Assembly: GCA_045659905.1 (NCBI GenBank)
Contig: JAZRCT010000020.1
Location: 194-64,193 of the forward strand
Length of the DNA: 64,000 nucleotides
Reading direction: 5' to 3'
Source of the DNA: Eubacteriales bacterium
Lineage (GTDB): Bacteria > Bacillota > Clostridia > Oscillospirales > CAG-272
Part shown: one piece after another, positions 28,001 to 37,351 of the stretch
How the letters are laid out: each line of letters begins with the position of its first letter
How positions within the stretch are numbered: the first letter of the stretch is position 1
Program-made: the position numbers and the translations under genes
The notes under the pieces: generated by a model
The model's database searches: none
Told to the model about the DNA's origin: nothing
What the model saw: only the letters and a program-made list of their open reading frames with translations

Positions 28001-28568
28001 AGGTATCTACAACCAGCTCGTCGTTTATGCGACCGAGATTGCAGGTATGTGGGAATTTACCTCGCTTCCCGGCACGACCAACAAGGCTACCGGTGAATTT
28101 AATTACGATTCTCTTGCGGGAGTCGGAGCTACCGTTCTTCTTAACGGCTGTGACGATATCCTTGCTGCATGGCAGTTCATTCAGTGGCAGACGAGCGAGA
28201 AGGTTCAGTCCGATTACGGTAACAGAATGGTTGCTCTTATCGGTCCTTCGGCTAAATACGAGTCTGCAAACGTAAATGCGCTCAAGAATATGTCCTGGAC
28301 TGCAAGCGAATATGCGGCGATAGACCTTCAGATGAAGAATCTGTCATCTATCGTTAACTATCCCGGCTCTTACATAATAGGAAGATATACAGAGTTCGCA
28401 TTCCTCGCAGCGGTTAACGACGGTGCTGACGCTGTCGAGGCTCTTAGCGGATATATCGACGCTATCAACGATGAAATCGCTCGTAAGAGAGCGGAATTCA
28501 AGCTCCCCACCGAAATAGAGCAGGGCGACGTTCCTTATACGAATTGTCCCTGCTGTGTCTCGAAGTAA
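25041..28568 (+). CDS. very large extracellular solute-binding protein (two CBM-like beta-sandwich modules + helical region + family-1 SBP domain)
   Basis: GGAGGA RBS before the ATG at 25041. Signal peptide MKKSMFQRAVCLLLSVATLFGLVAVTVFAGA with no lipobox Cys. The C-terminal roughly 480 aa look like a sugar SBP (VDVWLATGRDQ..., GKGPDVYIG...). Confidence 0.8.
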   Translation: MKKSMFQRAVCLLLSVATLFGLVAVTVFAGAIKPESTAATLDEMQKLVGTTTYAEYLKTIPDPVGGLSVIKLDNSTAIDEKKNKPDKVTESPECIESKQENPGAWAEYGEGHGDALYIPATGSVTWSVVIPENAGGNYYIKITYFNCETSESSISSIERKLYLDDYIPFAEAGQLNLTKYWEYPTYVKTEVSDTDEPDGVRVEYPRVTSGTLEEKGYYKHVISVKGGKKTVDIYKIEEDINGNSMAPDIKQVSKWGAYYCQDTTGYYNDYFRFYFPAGNRTITLAAEREPVIIESIELVPVDSNKSNSTTYDEYIAALKKGGAKAPVDGGVTRIEAEFPDFVSDSSVAATNDNTSAINYPAFSNAQLYNVIGENSYNTVGQWAAYKFTVSKDGLYKLALRYKQDALQGMYICRAIKLSGGAYGDTPAAPFAEAYNCQFDYDKVWQTNYVGDYVYYGADGNRIDISSLRLNSDGQYVNAADEVVEVRREKRDFEFYFEEGEEYTVYLECSLGTLKELIQRVENSLDEMNACYLRILQLTGNDPDEYRDYGFKDIMPEVLRSLLEQAIELEAVKLEFEALCGTTGSHITTLHTIALLLDKMGAENGDEIAANMTTLKSYLGTLGTWINNSKRSAMVVDSIYAAPADYEIWHESLPRAEANFFESIGFEIKSFFYSFFTEYDRMGLTTVPDENTRNVDVWLATGRDQSQIWRTMIDAKGSFTDTTGVAVTLKLVTGGTLLPSILSGKGPDVYIGLGSTDVINYAIREAVYGVSGNDSALDAKKVTVGDNKDYSANDIFTSNFYTYCVEQGGKKTYTVSPVYNGAENLTNTSLTFEEVIGDNFVEAAMDTVRLGRTVNGKFAETTYGIPQTMSFAMMFYRMDVLANLEQEVPDTWSELLSLLPVLQTNNMSVGVTYGAALNFMIYQMGGNMWKYPEDPKYAGMQIHLDSDIALEAFDYVCRLYSDYSFPVSFDAANRFRTGEMPIIIGDYAGIYNQLVVYATEIAGMWEFTSLPGTTNKATGEFNYDSLAGVGATVLLNGCDDILAAWQFIQWQTSEKVQSDYGNRMVALIGPSAKYESANVNALKNMSWTASEYAAIDLQMKNLSSIVNYPGSYIIGRYTEFAFLAAVNDGADAVEALSGYIDAINDEIARKRAEFKLPTEIEQGDVPYTNCPCCVSK

Positions 28569-28591
28569 CAAAAGAGATAAGGAGATAAAAG

Positions 28592-29539
28592 ATGTCACAG
28601 ACTAAAGAAGCAAACCGTCCGGTAAAGCGTTCTGAGGTCTCGAAGCTGCGTTGGACGTGGCAGGAAATGAAGAATAATAAGACGGCATACTTTATGCTTG
28701 CGCCGTTCTTTCTCCTCTTTATTATATTTACAATCCTGCCCGTTCTGCTCTCGATGATTTTGAGCTTAACCGACTTTAATATGTTGCAGATGCCGCAATT
28801 CCTCGGAATCTCCAACTTTATCCGTCTGTTCCTTGAAGACGATATATTTCTTCTTGCGTGTCAGAATACGTTAATATTTGCTGCGATTACAGGACCAGTT
28901 TCCTATCTTATTTCGTTGCTTATTGCGTGGTTCATCAACGAGCTTCCCCCGAAGATACGTTCGGTTGTAACCCTCGTATTCTACGCCCCCTCGATTTCAG
29001 GACAGGTTTACCTTATATGGAAAACCCTCTTCTCCTCGGACTCCTACGGTTGGGCGAATGCAACCCTTATAGACCTTGGAATTATAAACGAGCCTATCCT
29101 GTGGTTCCAGAATGCCGATTACGTAATGCCGCTTTGTATAGTGGTAGCGCTTTGGACCTCGCTTGGTACTGCATTCCTTTCGTTTATTGCAGGATTCCAG
29201 ACAATAGACCGTTCTATGTACGAGGCGGCTGCCGTTGACGGTATTAAGAACCGTTGGCAGGAGCTTTGGTACATCACACTTCCTACGATGCGTCCTCAGC
29301 TTATGTTCGGTGCCGTTCTAGCTATTACCAACTCGTTCGGCTTCGGTGCGGTAGTTGATGCGCTCTGCGGATTCCCGTCGGTAGATTATGCGGCGCATAC
29401 GATAATGCACCATCTTAATGACTACGGCGGACAGAGATACGAAATCGGTTATGCATCGGCAATAGCCGTAGTACTTTTCGTAATAATGTTCTCGGCGAAC
29501 GTTATTATCAAGAAGGTACTTTCGAAGGTAGGTGAGTAA
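28592..29539 (+). CDS. carbohydrate ABC transporter permease (MalF/UgpA-like), pair 1
   Basis: 315 aa, EAA loop YEAAAVDGIKNRWQELWYITLP. Confidence 0.9.
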   Translation: MSQTKEANRPVKRSEVSKLRWTWQEMKNNKTAYFMLAPFFLLFIIFTILPVLLSMILSLTDFNMLQMPQFLGISNFIRLFLEDDIFLLACQNTLIFAAITGPVSYLISLLIAWFINELPPKIRSVVTLVFYAPSISGQVYLIWKTLFSSDSYGWANATLIDLGIINEPILWFQNADYVMPLCIVVALWTSLGTAFLSFIAGFQTIDRSMYEAAAVDGIKNRWQELWYITLPTMRPQLMFGAVLAITNSFGFGAVVDALCGFPSVDYAAHTIMHHLNDYGGQRYEIGYASAIAVVLFVIMFSANVIIKKVLSKVGE

Positions 29540-29541
29540 GT

Positions 29542-30417
29542 ATGTCCAAAAAGCTTAGAACAAGAGGCCACAGAGTCGTTCTCAACCGCTCTGCCGGCGG
29601 CGATGCGGGCATTACCGTTATGCTCACCCTTATGGGACTGTTTATGTTCATACCTATGTATTACGTAGTAATTCAGTCCTTAAAGCCCCTCGATGAGTTG
29701 TTTATGTTCCCCCCGAAATTTTACGTAATCAGCCCTACGCTTGATAACTTTGCCGACCTTTTCACTCTTATGAGTGACTCTTGGGTACCGTTCTCAAGAT
29801 ACATATTCAACACCGTGTTTATTACTATCTGCGGAACTCTTGGCAACCTTATATTTGCATCGATGGCTGCGTATTCGCTTGCGAAGCTTCGTTTCCCCGG
29901 AAGAAACGCAATCTTCCAGATAATCGTCGCATCGCTTATGTTCCATTCTACGGTAAACCAGGTAACCCACTTTATCATTCTTTCCGCATTCGGCTGGATT
30001 GATACCTACCTTTCTATTATAGTACCCTCAATGGCTACTACGATAGGACTTTACCTTATGAAGCAGTTTATGGAAACGTCCGTACCCGATACGGTGCTTG
30101 AATCGGCACGACTTGACGGTGCGAGCGAATTCAGAACCTATCTTACAATAGCAATGCCGATGGTTAAGCCTGCGTGGCTTACGCTTATCATCGAGTGCTT
30201 CAAATCCCTTTGGAACTCCGGCTCTTCAATTTACATTCACTCTGAGGAGCTTAAAACGTTCAACTACGCAATTCAGCAGATTGTATCGGGCGGTATAGCC
30301 CGTTCGGGTGCCGGAGCTGCGGCAACCGTTGTAATGATGCTCGTGCCTATCCTCGTATTCGTTCTTAACCAGAGCCAGATTATCGAGACGATGGGTTCGT
30401 CGGGTATGAAGGATTAA
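29542..30417 (+). CDS. carbohydrate ABC transporter permease (MalG/UgpE-like), pair 1
   Basis: 291 aa, EAA loop LESARLDGASEFRTYLTIAMP. Confidence 0.9.
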   Translation: MSKKLRTRGHRVVLNRSAGGDAGITVMLTLMGLFMFIPMYYVVIQSLKPLDELFMFPPKFYVISPTLDNFADLFTLMSDSWVPFSRYIFNTVFITICGTLGNLIFASMAAYSLAKLRFPGRNAIFQIIVASLMFHSTVNQVTHFIILSAFGWIDTYLSIIVPSMATTIGLYLMKQFMETSVPDTVLESARLDGASEFRTYLTIAMPMVKPAWLTLIIECFKSLWNSGSSIYIHSEELKTFNYAIQQIVSGGIARSGAGAAATVVMMLVPILVFVLNQSQIIETMGSSGMKD

Positions 30418-30429
30418 GGAGGACTAGAA

Positions 30430-32619
30430 ATGAAGAAGAAAATTTTCAAAGCCCTTATCCTTACTTTAGTGCTGGTTCTCATTTTCGGTGCGGTAAGCGC
30501 ATCGGCGTTCGAGTCGTACGACACGTATACCTACTCAATTGACGGCCAGCCCCTTAAATCTCCCTCGGCGTACGACGCCAGCCAGTTCTACAATTCCGCC
30601 TCGATGGGACTTCTTTCCGATAAGCTCGGAGCTACGGCGCTTTCGGGAGCAAGCGATATCGTTACGGACGACGCATCAAACGTCTATATTGCAGATACGG
30701 GCAACAACCGTATAGTAATTCTTAATAAGTATTATGCGGCAACGAATATTATCGATTCCTACACCGACGAGTACGGTAAGCTTCAGACCTTCAACAAGCC
30801 TCAGGGCGTTTTCGTAACCTCACCGGCAACAGGCTCGTCTGACAGCTTGGTTTACGTTTGCGATACGGAAAATTCGAGAATAGTAGTATTCGACAGAGAC
30901 TACAACTACGTAAGAACTCTCGATAAGCCCGAGAGTGCGCTTCTCCGTGACGATGCTTTCAAGCCTACTGCAATTGCGGTTGACCTTTACGGAAGACTTT
31001 TCGTAGTTTCTCCCGCTTGCTATGAGGGCGTAATAGTAATGTCTAAGGAAGGCGACTTCACAGGATTTATCGGCGCTCAGAGAGCAGAGTACAGCCTTAT
31101 AGACATTATCTGGAGAAGATTCCAGACCGATGAGCAGCGTGACAAGATTGAGCAGAACGTATCTATCGCTTATAATAATATAACGGTAGACAAGAGCGGC
31201 TTCGTTTACGTTACCACCGACGGTATCGAGAAGAATCTTCAGGTTGGCGCTATCAGGTCTAAGAATTCCGACTACTCGCCCGTTAAGAAGCTCAATTCGG
31301 CAGGCGACGAGATTATGAAGCGTAACGGCTTCTTTGATCCCGGCGGAGAGGTCAACGTTTCTACTATGTCTATTTCGAAGGGCCCGTCCAAGATTGTGGA
31401 CGTAGCAATAGGCTCTGAGAATTCCTGGTCAATCCTTGATAAGATGCGTTCAAGAATATTTACCTACGACCAGAACGGTAATTTGCTTTTCGCCTTCGGC
31501 GATATGGGTGACCAGCTTGGTAACGGCGAGGACCTCGTCGGAATGACCTATCACAACGTAGACGGCATCAATTACCTTATCACGCTTGACAATGCCAACG
31601 CAACAGCGGGTGGCTACAAGATTACGGTATATTCTCCCACGGAATATTGCGACGCTATAATGAGCGCTCTTCGCAATCAGAACGAGCACAAGTATTCCGA
31701 TGCAATACTTTACTGGCAGGAGGTTCTTACCAGAAACAATAACTTTGACCTAGCGTACATCGGTATCGGTAAGGCCCTTTACAATCAGGGCAAGTACGAG
31801 GAAGCTATGGAAATGCTTTCCGGCGCTTACGAAACCGCCAACTATTCAAAGGCGTTTGCCGCTGTCCGTAAGGATATAATCGGCTCTTGGGTGCTTATAG
31901 TAATAATAGTAGGTGCGATAGCGCTTTGCATAGGATTGGTTAAATTCTTCGGTTGGGCGAAGAAGAAGAACAAGATTACCGCACTTAAGGTCGGAAGAAA
32001 GTCCTACGTCGAGGAGCTTGTATTCGCATTCCACCTCTGGATGCATCCGTTCGACGGCTTCTGGGATTTGAAGCACGAAAAGAGAGGCTCTGTAAGAGGC
32101 GGAACGACCATTATGGCGGTTACGATTCTTGCATTCTTCTACCAGTCCATCGGTAGAGGCTACACCTTCAATCCCCGTGATAATTATTCTACGATTTTAG
32201 TTCAGATTCTTTCAATTTCGCTTCCCGTAATTCTCTGGTGCGTTGGCAACTGGTGTCTTACGACGCTCTTTGACGGCGAGGGAAGCTTCAAGGATATTTA
32301 CGTTGCGACGACCTATTCACTTACTCCCCTTCCTATCCTCGTCGTAATATCCACTATCCTTACTAACGTTCTTACCGCAAGCGAGGGCTCTATGGTAAGC
32401 CTTCTCGTAACCTTCGGATACATCTGGGTTGCTCTGCTTCTGTTCTTCGGAACTCTTGTAACTCACGATTATTCGCTCGGAAAGAACGTCCTTACGGTTC
32501 TCGGAACAATCGTTGCAATGGTAGTTATAATGTTCATTGCCGTTCTGTTCTCGAACCTTGTAATTAAGATGATAACCTTCATTTCCGCAATAATTACGGA
32601 AATAGGCAACCGACTATAG
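30430..32619 (+). CDS. NHL-repeat beta-propeller / TPR / Yip1-domain membrane protein
   Basis: Signal peptide. NHL-like repeats (VYIADTGNNRIVILN, VYVCDTENSRIVVFD, LFVVSP...). A TPR-like stretch (YIGIGKALYNQGKYEEAMEML). A C-terminal block of about 5 TM helices that looks Yip1-like. Confidence 0.75.
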   Translation: MKKKIFKALILTLVLVLIFGAVSASAFESYDTYTYSIDGQPLKSPSAYDASQFYNSASMGLLSDKLGATALSGASDIVTDDASNVYIADTGNNRIVILNKYYAATNIIDSYTDEYGKLQTFNKPQGVFVTSPATGSSDSLVYVCDTENSRIVVFDRDYNYVRTLDKPESALLRDDAFKPTAIAVDLYGRLFVVSPACYEGVIVMSKEGDFTGFIGAQRAEYSLIDIIWRRFQTDEQRDKIEQNVSIAYNNITVDKSGFVYVTTDGIEKNLQVGAIRSKNSDYSPVKKLNSAGDEIMKRNGFFDPGGEVNVSTMSISKGPSKIVDVAIGSENSWSILDKMRSRIFTYDQNGNLLFAFGDMGDQLGNGEDLVGMTYHNVDGINYLITLDNANATAGGYKITVYSPTEYCDAIMSALRNQNEHKYSDAILYWQEVLTRNNNFDLAYIGIGKALYNQGKYEEAMEMLSGAYETANYSKAFAAVRKDIIGSWVLIVIIVGAIALCIGLVKFFGWAKKKNKITALKVGRKSYVEELVFAFHLWMHPFDGFWDLKHEKRGSVRGGTTIMAVTILAFFYQSIGRGYTFNPRDNYSTILVQILSISLPVILWCVGNWCLTTLFDGEGSFKDIYVATTYSLTPLPILVVISTILTNVLTASEGSMVSLLVTFGYIWVALLLFFGTLVTHDYSLGKNVLTVLGTIVAMVVIMFIAVLFSNLVIKMITFISAIITEIGNRL

Positions 32620-32640
32620 TGAAAGCGGAGGTAAATAATT

Positions 32641-35600
32641 ATGAAAATTAAAAAGTTAATATCGTCTGCTTTGACTATCGTTTTGCTGCTCGGCGCAATT
32701 CTTGCGGTCGTTACCGTATCTGCAAGCGCCGTATGCGATTCGACGTCGGCGACGGCAAATCTTTCCTCGGAACAGATAAAGGAGGTAGTTAACGCCTCTC
32801 TTGATTATGAATTCGAGACGGCAGAGGAAATGCTCGCATACGAGCTTTCTCTCGGTTACCTTGATTCTATGACTACCGCTGATAAGAAATTCAGTATGTA
32901 TGTCAACCGATACACCGGCTTGTTCTACTACGTTAATAACGTTACAGGTCAGATTCTGACGAGTAACCCCTCAAACGTTAAGGAATTCAACAACGGCAGT
33001 GTTGCAAAGCTCCTTATGAGCCAGATATCAATCGAATATATCGTCAACGCTACCAATAAGGAGAATACCGACTTCAATTCCACCGAGTGGGCAGCTCTTT
33101 ACTCTCAGATAAATACGAGCTTTATCTCGAACGGAATCAGAGTCAATTACACCCTCGGTGATACCACTACGAGATTCCTCCTTCCGGGAAGGATTCTTGC
33201 GGAGGATTACGAGGAGCTTGTGATTAAGCCTATGCTTCTCAGATTCGAGACGCTGCTTGAGACTCATCTGCGCTCGCTCGTTGAAGGCAATCCTAATTTC
33301 TCATTCTTCAACAATAGCGATTATGAGCCATATGAGTATGACTGCATCAGCTCTAAGGAGTATAAGAGATATGTTAGCGATATGGTATCTCTTGCGGGCG
33401 ATTATTACGGCAGAAATTCGGCAGAGCTTAAGGAAATCAAATCGGTTCAGACAGATATTCTTGCATTCTCCACTATGTTTTCTCTCAAGAACCCCAAGCA
33501 GTATGAGGAGACCGGTAAGACCGACAGTGCGACCTACAAGAATATGATTAAGTTCTACTATACTCCTCAGGAGGGCGTATCCGCCAACCTTGATATTTAC
33601 AATTCAAGCTCGGATGGATACCACGCTCCTATGTACGTATTCAAGGAGAGCGCAGTTACTGCGGAGAAGAGAGCTAACGCTGCAAGATGGAGAAAATACT
33701 GCCCCTCTTACACGTTTTCTGAAATGTTCGCAAGCGAAAAGGAGTGCGGCTATGTTGACGATTCCGAGCAGAAGCCGGTATTCAGATGCTCTCTTGAGTA
33801 TTCGTTCAACGAGGACGGAACTCTTTCGGTTCGCCTTCCTTCGAACTCCATCACCTTTGATGAAACCGTATACAGCCTCAAGGAGATAAGGCCCATTCAG
33901 TTCTTCGGAGCGGGCAATGTCAAAAACGACGGCTATATCTTCTTCCCTGACGGAAGCGGTACGATTGTTGATTTCAACGATTTCAATGACTACACCTTCA
34001 CTACCGAGAGCGCAATATACGGCAACGATTACGCATATTCGGCTCTTAGCGACACCAGCGCACACAGAGAGCAGGTCACTATGCCCGTCTTTGGTGTTGT
34101 AAACAGCATAAAGGCAAACGCTCTTACAAGCTCCCGCTTCGGCACTGAGACCGTTACTAACGGTTACTTTGCGATTCTCGAGGAGGGCGCATCTCTCGCT
34201 AAGCTTGGTTATATGGGCGGCGGCTCTCATAGCTATGCGGGCGCATACAGCGTCTATACTCCGTATCCTATGGATACCTACGACCTCTCCGAGACCATCG
34301 GCGTTGGCGGCTCGGGTGCGTATACGATAGTAGCAGAAACCAGGTACAACGGCTCTTACGTTACCAAGATAGTAATGCTTACAGACGATACCGTGGGTAA
34401 GGAATGCTATGGCAACAACGCTTATTACAGCGCATCTTACGTAGGTATGGCGGCTTGCTACCGTGACTATCTTAAGGCTGGCGGATATCTCAGCGCTCTT
34501 GAAAATATCAGCAAAGACCTTCCTCTTTATATAGAGGCTCTCGGCGCTATGGATATTACCACCAAAATCCTTTCGTTCCCTGTAACGCAGACTATTCCGC
34601 TTACTTCGTTTGACGACGTCCTTACTATGTATAATGAGATTTCCAATAATAAGGACACCTTCTTGAAGAAGGCAGAAGAATATGAAGCACTCGCTTTGGA
34701 GGTCAGCGAAACCTCTCTTAAGGAAAGCTACCTTAAGACCGCAGAGGGCTACCGTGCAATGGCAGAAACCGCAAAGAGCATTGAAAATATCAATTTCAGG
34801 CTTACAGGCTTCGCCAACGGCGGTATGCACTTCACCTATCCTGCTAAGGTAAGATGGGAAAGAGCCTGCGGCGGTAAGGATGCATTTGACAATCTTCTCA
34901 ACGAAGCAAAGAAGCTTTCTGACGAGGGCAAAAATCTTGGTATATACCCTGATTTTGATTTTATTTACATCAACAATACCGAGCTGTTCGACGGCGTTTC
35001 CAACAACAAGAACGTTTCGAGAATGGTTGATAACCGTTTCGCTTCCAAGCAGGAATACGATGCGGTGCTTCAGGAATACGTAACCTACTACACGCTCGTA
35101 GTAAATCCCGCTACCTTCGAGGAGCTTTACGGCAAATTCCTCAGAAAGTATTCGGCTCACGCTGCGACGGGAATTTCGGTTTCCACAATGGGCTCCGACC
35201 TTAACTCAAACTTTGACGAGGAGGACCTCACTAACAGAAGCGAGGCAGAGGCTTACGTTACCTCAATCCTTGCCAAGATGAAGAACGAGCAGGGCTACGA
35301 GATAATGGTAGATAAGGGTAATTCCTACACCTATAAGTACGTAAGACATATAATAGGTGCGGCTACCGATTCGAGCCATTACAGATATTCGTCTTACGCA
35401 GTTCCTTTCCTTGGAATGGTGCTTCACGGCTACGTAAATTATACCGGCGATGCGCTTAACTATGCAGGTACACCTCAGTATTACATTCTTCGTGCGATAG
35501 AGAATGGCGCAGCTCCTTACTACGTGCTCTGCTATCAGAACACCGGAAATCTTAAGGACGACGTTCTTCTCAGCAAGTACTACGGCGTTGATTACAACAC

Positions 35601-36270
35601 CTGGTTTGATTCTATCGTCACTACCTACGGCGAGCTTAACGCTGCAATAGGCGGACTTCAGAAGTACAACATCACAGACCACAAGATTATTCTCGGTGAG
35701 CGTGCGGTAGACGAGAACGAGCAGAATGCAAATTACGCAGCGCTTAAGGCAGAAATTATTGCTATGCTTGACGCTCAGATTGCTGAGGCTGTAAGAGTTG
35801 GCTACGAGTATCTTCAGAATAATGAAGCAAGCTCGGGAAGACCCCTTGCAGTATCGATAGATACAGACGCACTTATCGCTCAGTTCTGCGATATCCTTAA
35901 TCTTACCGCAGAGGAGCTTGTAGGCACGGCGGAGAAGCCCACTGCCTTCAAGACCGAAGTCGATGGTGTTGTAGCTAAGTATGAAGCTGAGTATCCTTCG
36001 GGTGGCACTAATCCTTACGTAGTAAGCTTTAGCGCCATTGAGTACGAGTCGCAGTATTCCTACATCACCGAGTCCTTGGCTACCGACGGTAAGAATTACG
36101 TTTATACCGACTACACCAGCGATATAAACAATATCGCAATGGTAACCTACTCGAATGGCACGGATAGCGTGACGTTTATTCTCAACTACAATATTTACTC
36201 CGTTACCGTTAAACTCGGCGATGGAGAAACCTACACAATCGGCAAGTACGATTATGTAAAAATAGACTAA
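32641..36270 (+). CDS. 1209-aa membrane-anchored extracellular protein, DUF5696-like (putative glycan-processing enzyme)
   Basis: N-terminal signal anchor. The DUF5696 assignment is from memory of similarly organised clusters and is not verified here. Confidence 0.6.
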   Translation: MKIKKLISSALTIVLLLGAILAVVTVSASAVCDSTSATANLSSEQIKEVVNASLDYEFETAEEMLAYELSLGYLDSMTTADKKFSMYVNRYTGLFYYVNNVTGQILTSNPSNVKEFNNGSVAKLLMSQISIEYIVNATNKENTDFNSTEWAALYSQINTSFISNGIRVNYTLGDTTTRFLLPGRILAEDYEELVIKPMLLRFETLLETHLRSLVEGNPNFSFFNNSDYEPYEYDCISSKEYKRYVSDMVSLAGDYYGRNSAELKEIKSVQTDILAFSTMFSLKNPKQYEETGKTDSATYKNMIKFYYTPQEGVSANLDIYNSSSDGYHAPMYVFKESAVTAEKRANAARWRKYCPSYTFSEMFASEKECGYVDDSEQKPVFRCSLEYSFNEDGTLSVRLPSNSITFDETVYSLKEIRPIQFFGAGNVKNDGYIFFPDGSGTIVDFNDFNDYTFTTESAIYGNDYAYSALSDTSAHREQVTMPVFGVVNSIKANALTSSRFGTETVTNGYFAILEEGASLAKLGYMGGGSHSYAGAYSVYTPYPMDTYDLSETIGVGGSGAYTIVAETRYNGSYVTKIVMLTDDTVGKECYGNNAYYSASYVGMAACYRDYLKAGGYLSALENISKDLPLYIEALGAMDITTKILSFPVTQTIPLTSFDDVLTMYNEISNNKDTFLKKAEEYEALALEVSETSLKESYLKTAEGYRAMAETAKSIENINFRLTGFANGGMHFTYPAKVRWERACGGKDAFDNLLNEAKKLSDEGKNLGIYPDFDFIYINNTELFDGVSNNKNVSRMVDNRFASKQEYDAVLQEYVTYYTLVVNPATFEELYGKFLRKYSAHAATGISVSTMGSDLNSNFDEEDLTNRSEAEAYVTSILAKMKNEQGYEIMVDKGNSYTYKYVRHIIGAATDSSHYRYSSYAVPFLGMVLHGYVNYTGDALNYAGTPQYYILRAIENGAAPYYVLCYQNTGNLKDDVLLSKYYGVDYNTWFDSIVTTYGELNAAIGGLQKYNITDHKIILGERAVDENEQNANYAALKAEIIAMLDAQIAEAVRVGYEYLQNNEASSGRPLAVSIDTDALIAQFCDILNLTAEELVGTAEKPTAFKTEVDGVVAKYEAEYPSGGTNPYVVSFSAIEYESQYSYITESLATDGKNYVYTDYTSDINNIAMVTYSNGTDSVTFILNYNIYSVTVKLGDGETYTIGKYDYVKID

Positions 36271-36288
36271 GAAGGAGGTAAATGAAAG

Positions 36289-37338
36289 ATGGATGAAAAC
36301 GTTGTTATGACCGAAGAAGCTGTTATGGCTGAAGCCGACGTTGCGAATGAAAATGGCGTAACGCCTGCCGACCTTGGCGGCTCTGCGGTAATAAATCCCG
36401 GCACGGGACTTCTCAGAACCCGTCGCAAAAAGGTTTCTCTTGATTCAAGAAAAGCGCGTGCAGGCTACATATTCACGCTGCCCTTTATTCTTGGTGTTCT
36501 TCTTATTTACCTTCCTATACTGCTCGACTCTGTTTGGTTCTCTCTCGGTAGAATAGACCCCGTCAACGTAGACGGCGTCCCCGGATTTGTAACCACCTGG
36601 GTTGGACTTGATAACTATATCAAGTCGATTACCGACGACGCAGGCTTCGTACAGAGCCTGCTCTCGGGAGTCCAGCAGCTTATATTTGAAGTGCCTGCGG
36701 TAATTATCTTCTCACTCTTTATAGCAGTAGTTCTTAACCAGAAAATGCTTGGTAGAGCAGTATTCCGTGCAATCTTCTTCGTTCCCGTTATTATATCTAC
36801 GGGACTTATGGAATCAATCAATGCGTCCGATATAGTCTCGGATTCCGCAGGCGGAATCAACGACGGCTCGGGCAGCAGCGCAGGCGGTATAGTATCTACG
36901 CTTGAAATCGAGCGCCTTTTCGCGACGATGCAGATAGGCGGCGAGCTTGTTACCTACGTCGTAGACCTCGTTAATAAGATTTACGATATTATCAACTACT
37001 CGGGCGTTCAGATGCTTATCTTCCTTGCAGGACTTCAGTCGATATCTCCCGCTATCTACGAGGCTTGTCAGATAGAGGGTGCTACCGGCTGGGAAACCTT
37101 CTGGAAGATTACCTTCCCGATGATTTCTCCTATGATTCTCGTAAATGCGGTATATACCGTTATCGACTCGTTTACAAGAGCTGAGAATATAACAATGAAG
37201 TATATCTCCGGTGTTTATATCCGGAGCCCCGAAATATCAACTGCAATGGCTTGGATTTACTTCCTCGTCGTCGTGCTTATCATAGCTGCGGTTGCGGGTA
37301 TAGCTTCAACGTTCATCTTCTATCAGAGGAAGGATTAA
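36289..37338 (+). CDS. carbohydrate ABC transporter permease, pair 2 (acidic N-terminal extension)
   Basis: 349 aa, EAA loop YEACQIEGATGWETFWKITFP. Confidence 0.85.
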   Translation: MDENVVMTEEAVMAEADVANENGVTPADLGGSAVINPGTGLLRTRRKKVSLDSRKARAGYIFTLPFILGVLLIYLPILLDSVWFSLGRIDPVNVDGVPGFVTTWVGLDNYIKSITDDAGFVQSLLSGVQQLIFEVPAVIIFSLFIAVVLNQKMLGRAVFRAIFFVPVIISTGLMESINASDIVSDSAGGINDGSGSSAGGIVSTLEIERLFATMQIGGELVTYVVDLVNKIYDIINYSGVQMLIFLAGLQSISPAIYEACQIEGATGWETFWKITFPMISPMILVNAVYTVIDSFTRAENITMKYISGVYIRSPEISTAMAWIYFLVVVLIIAAVAGIASTFIFYQRKD

Positions 37339-37351
37339 GGAGGTGGATGAT

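Noticed and set aside
33604-35160. 518-aa ORF antisense to the DUF5696-like gene.
   Set aside because: It is a shadow frame with no translation signals and a composition atypical for a real protein. The sense frame is continuous for 1209 aa and has an RBS.
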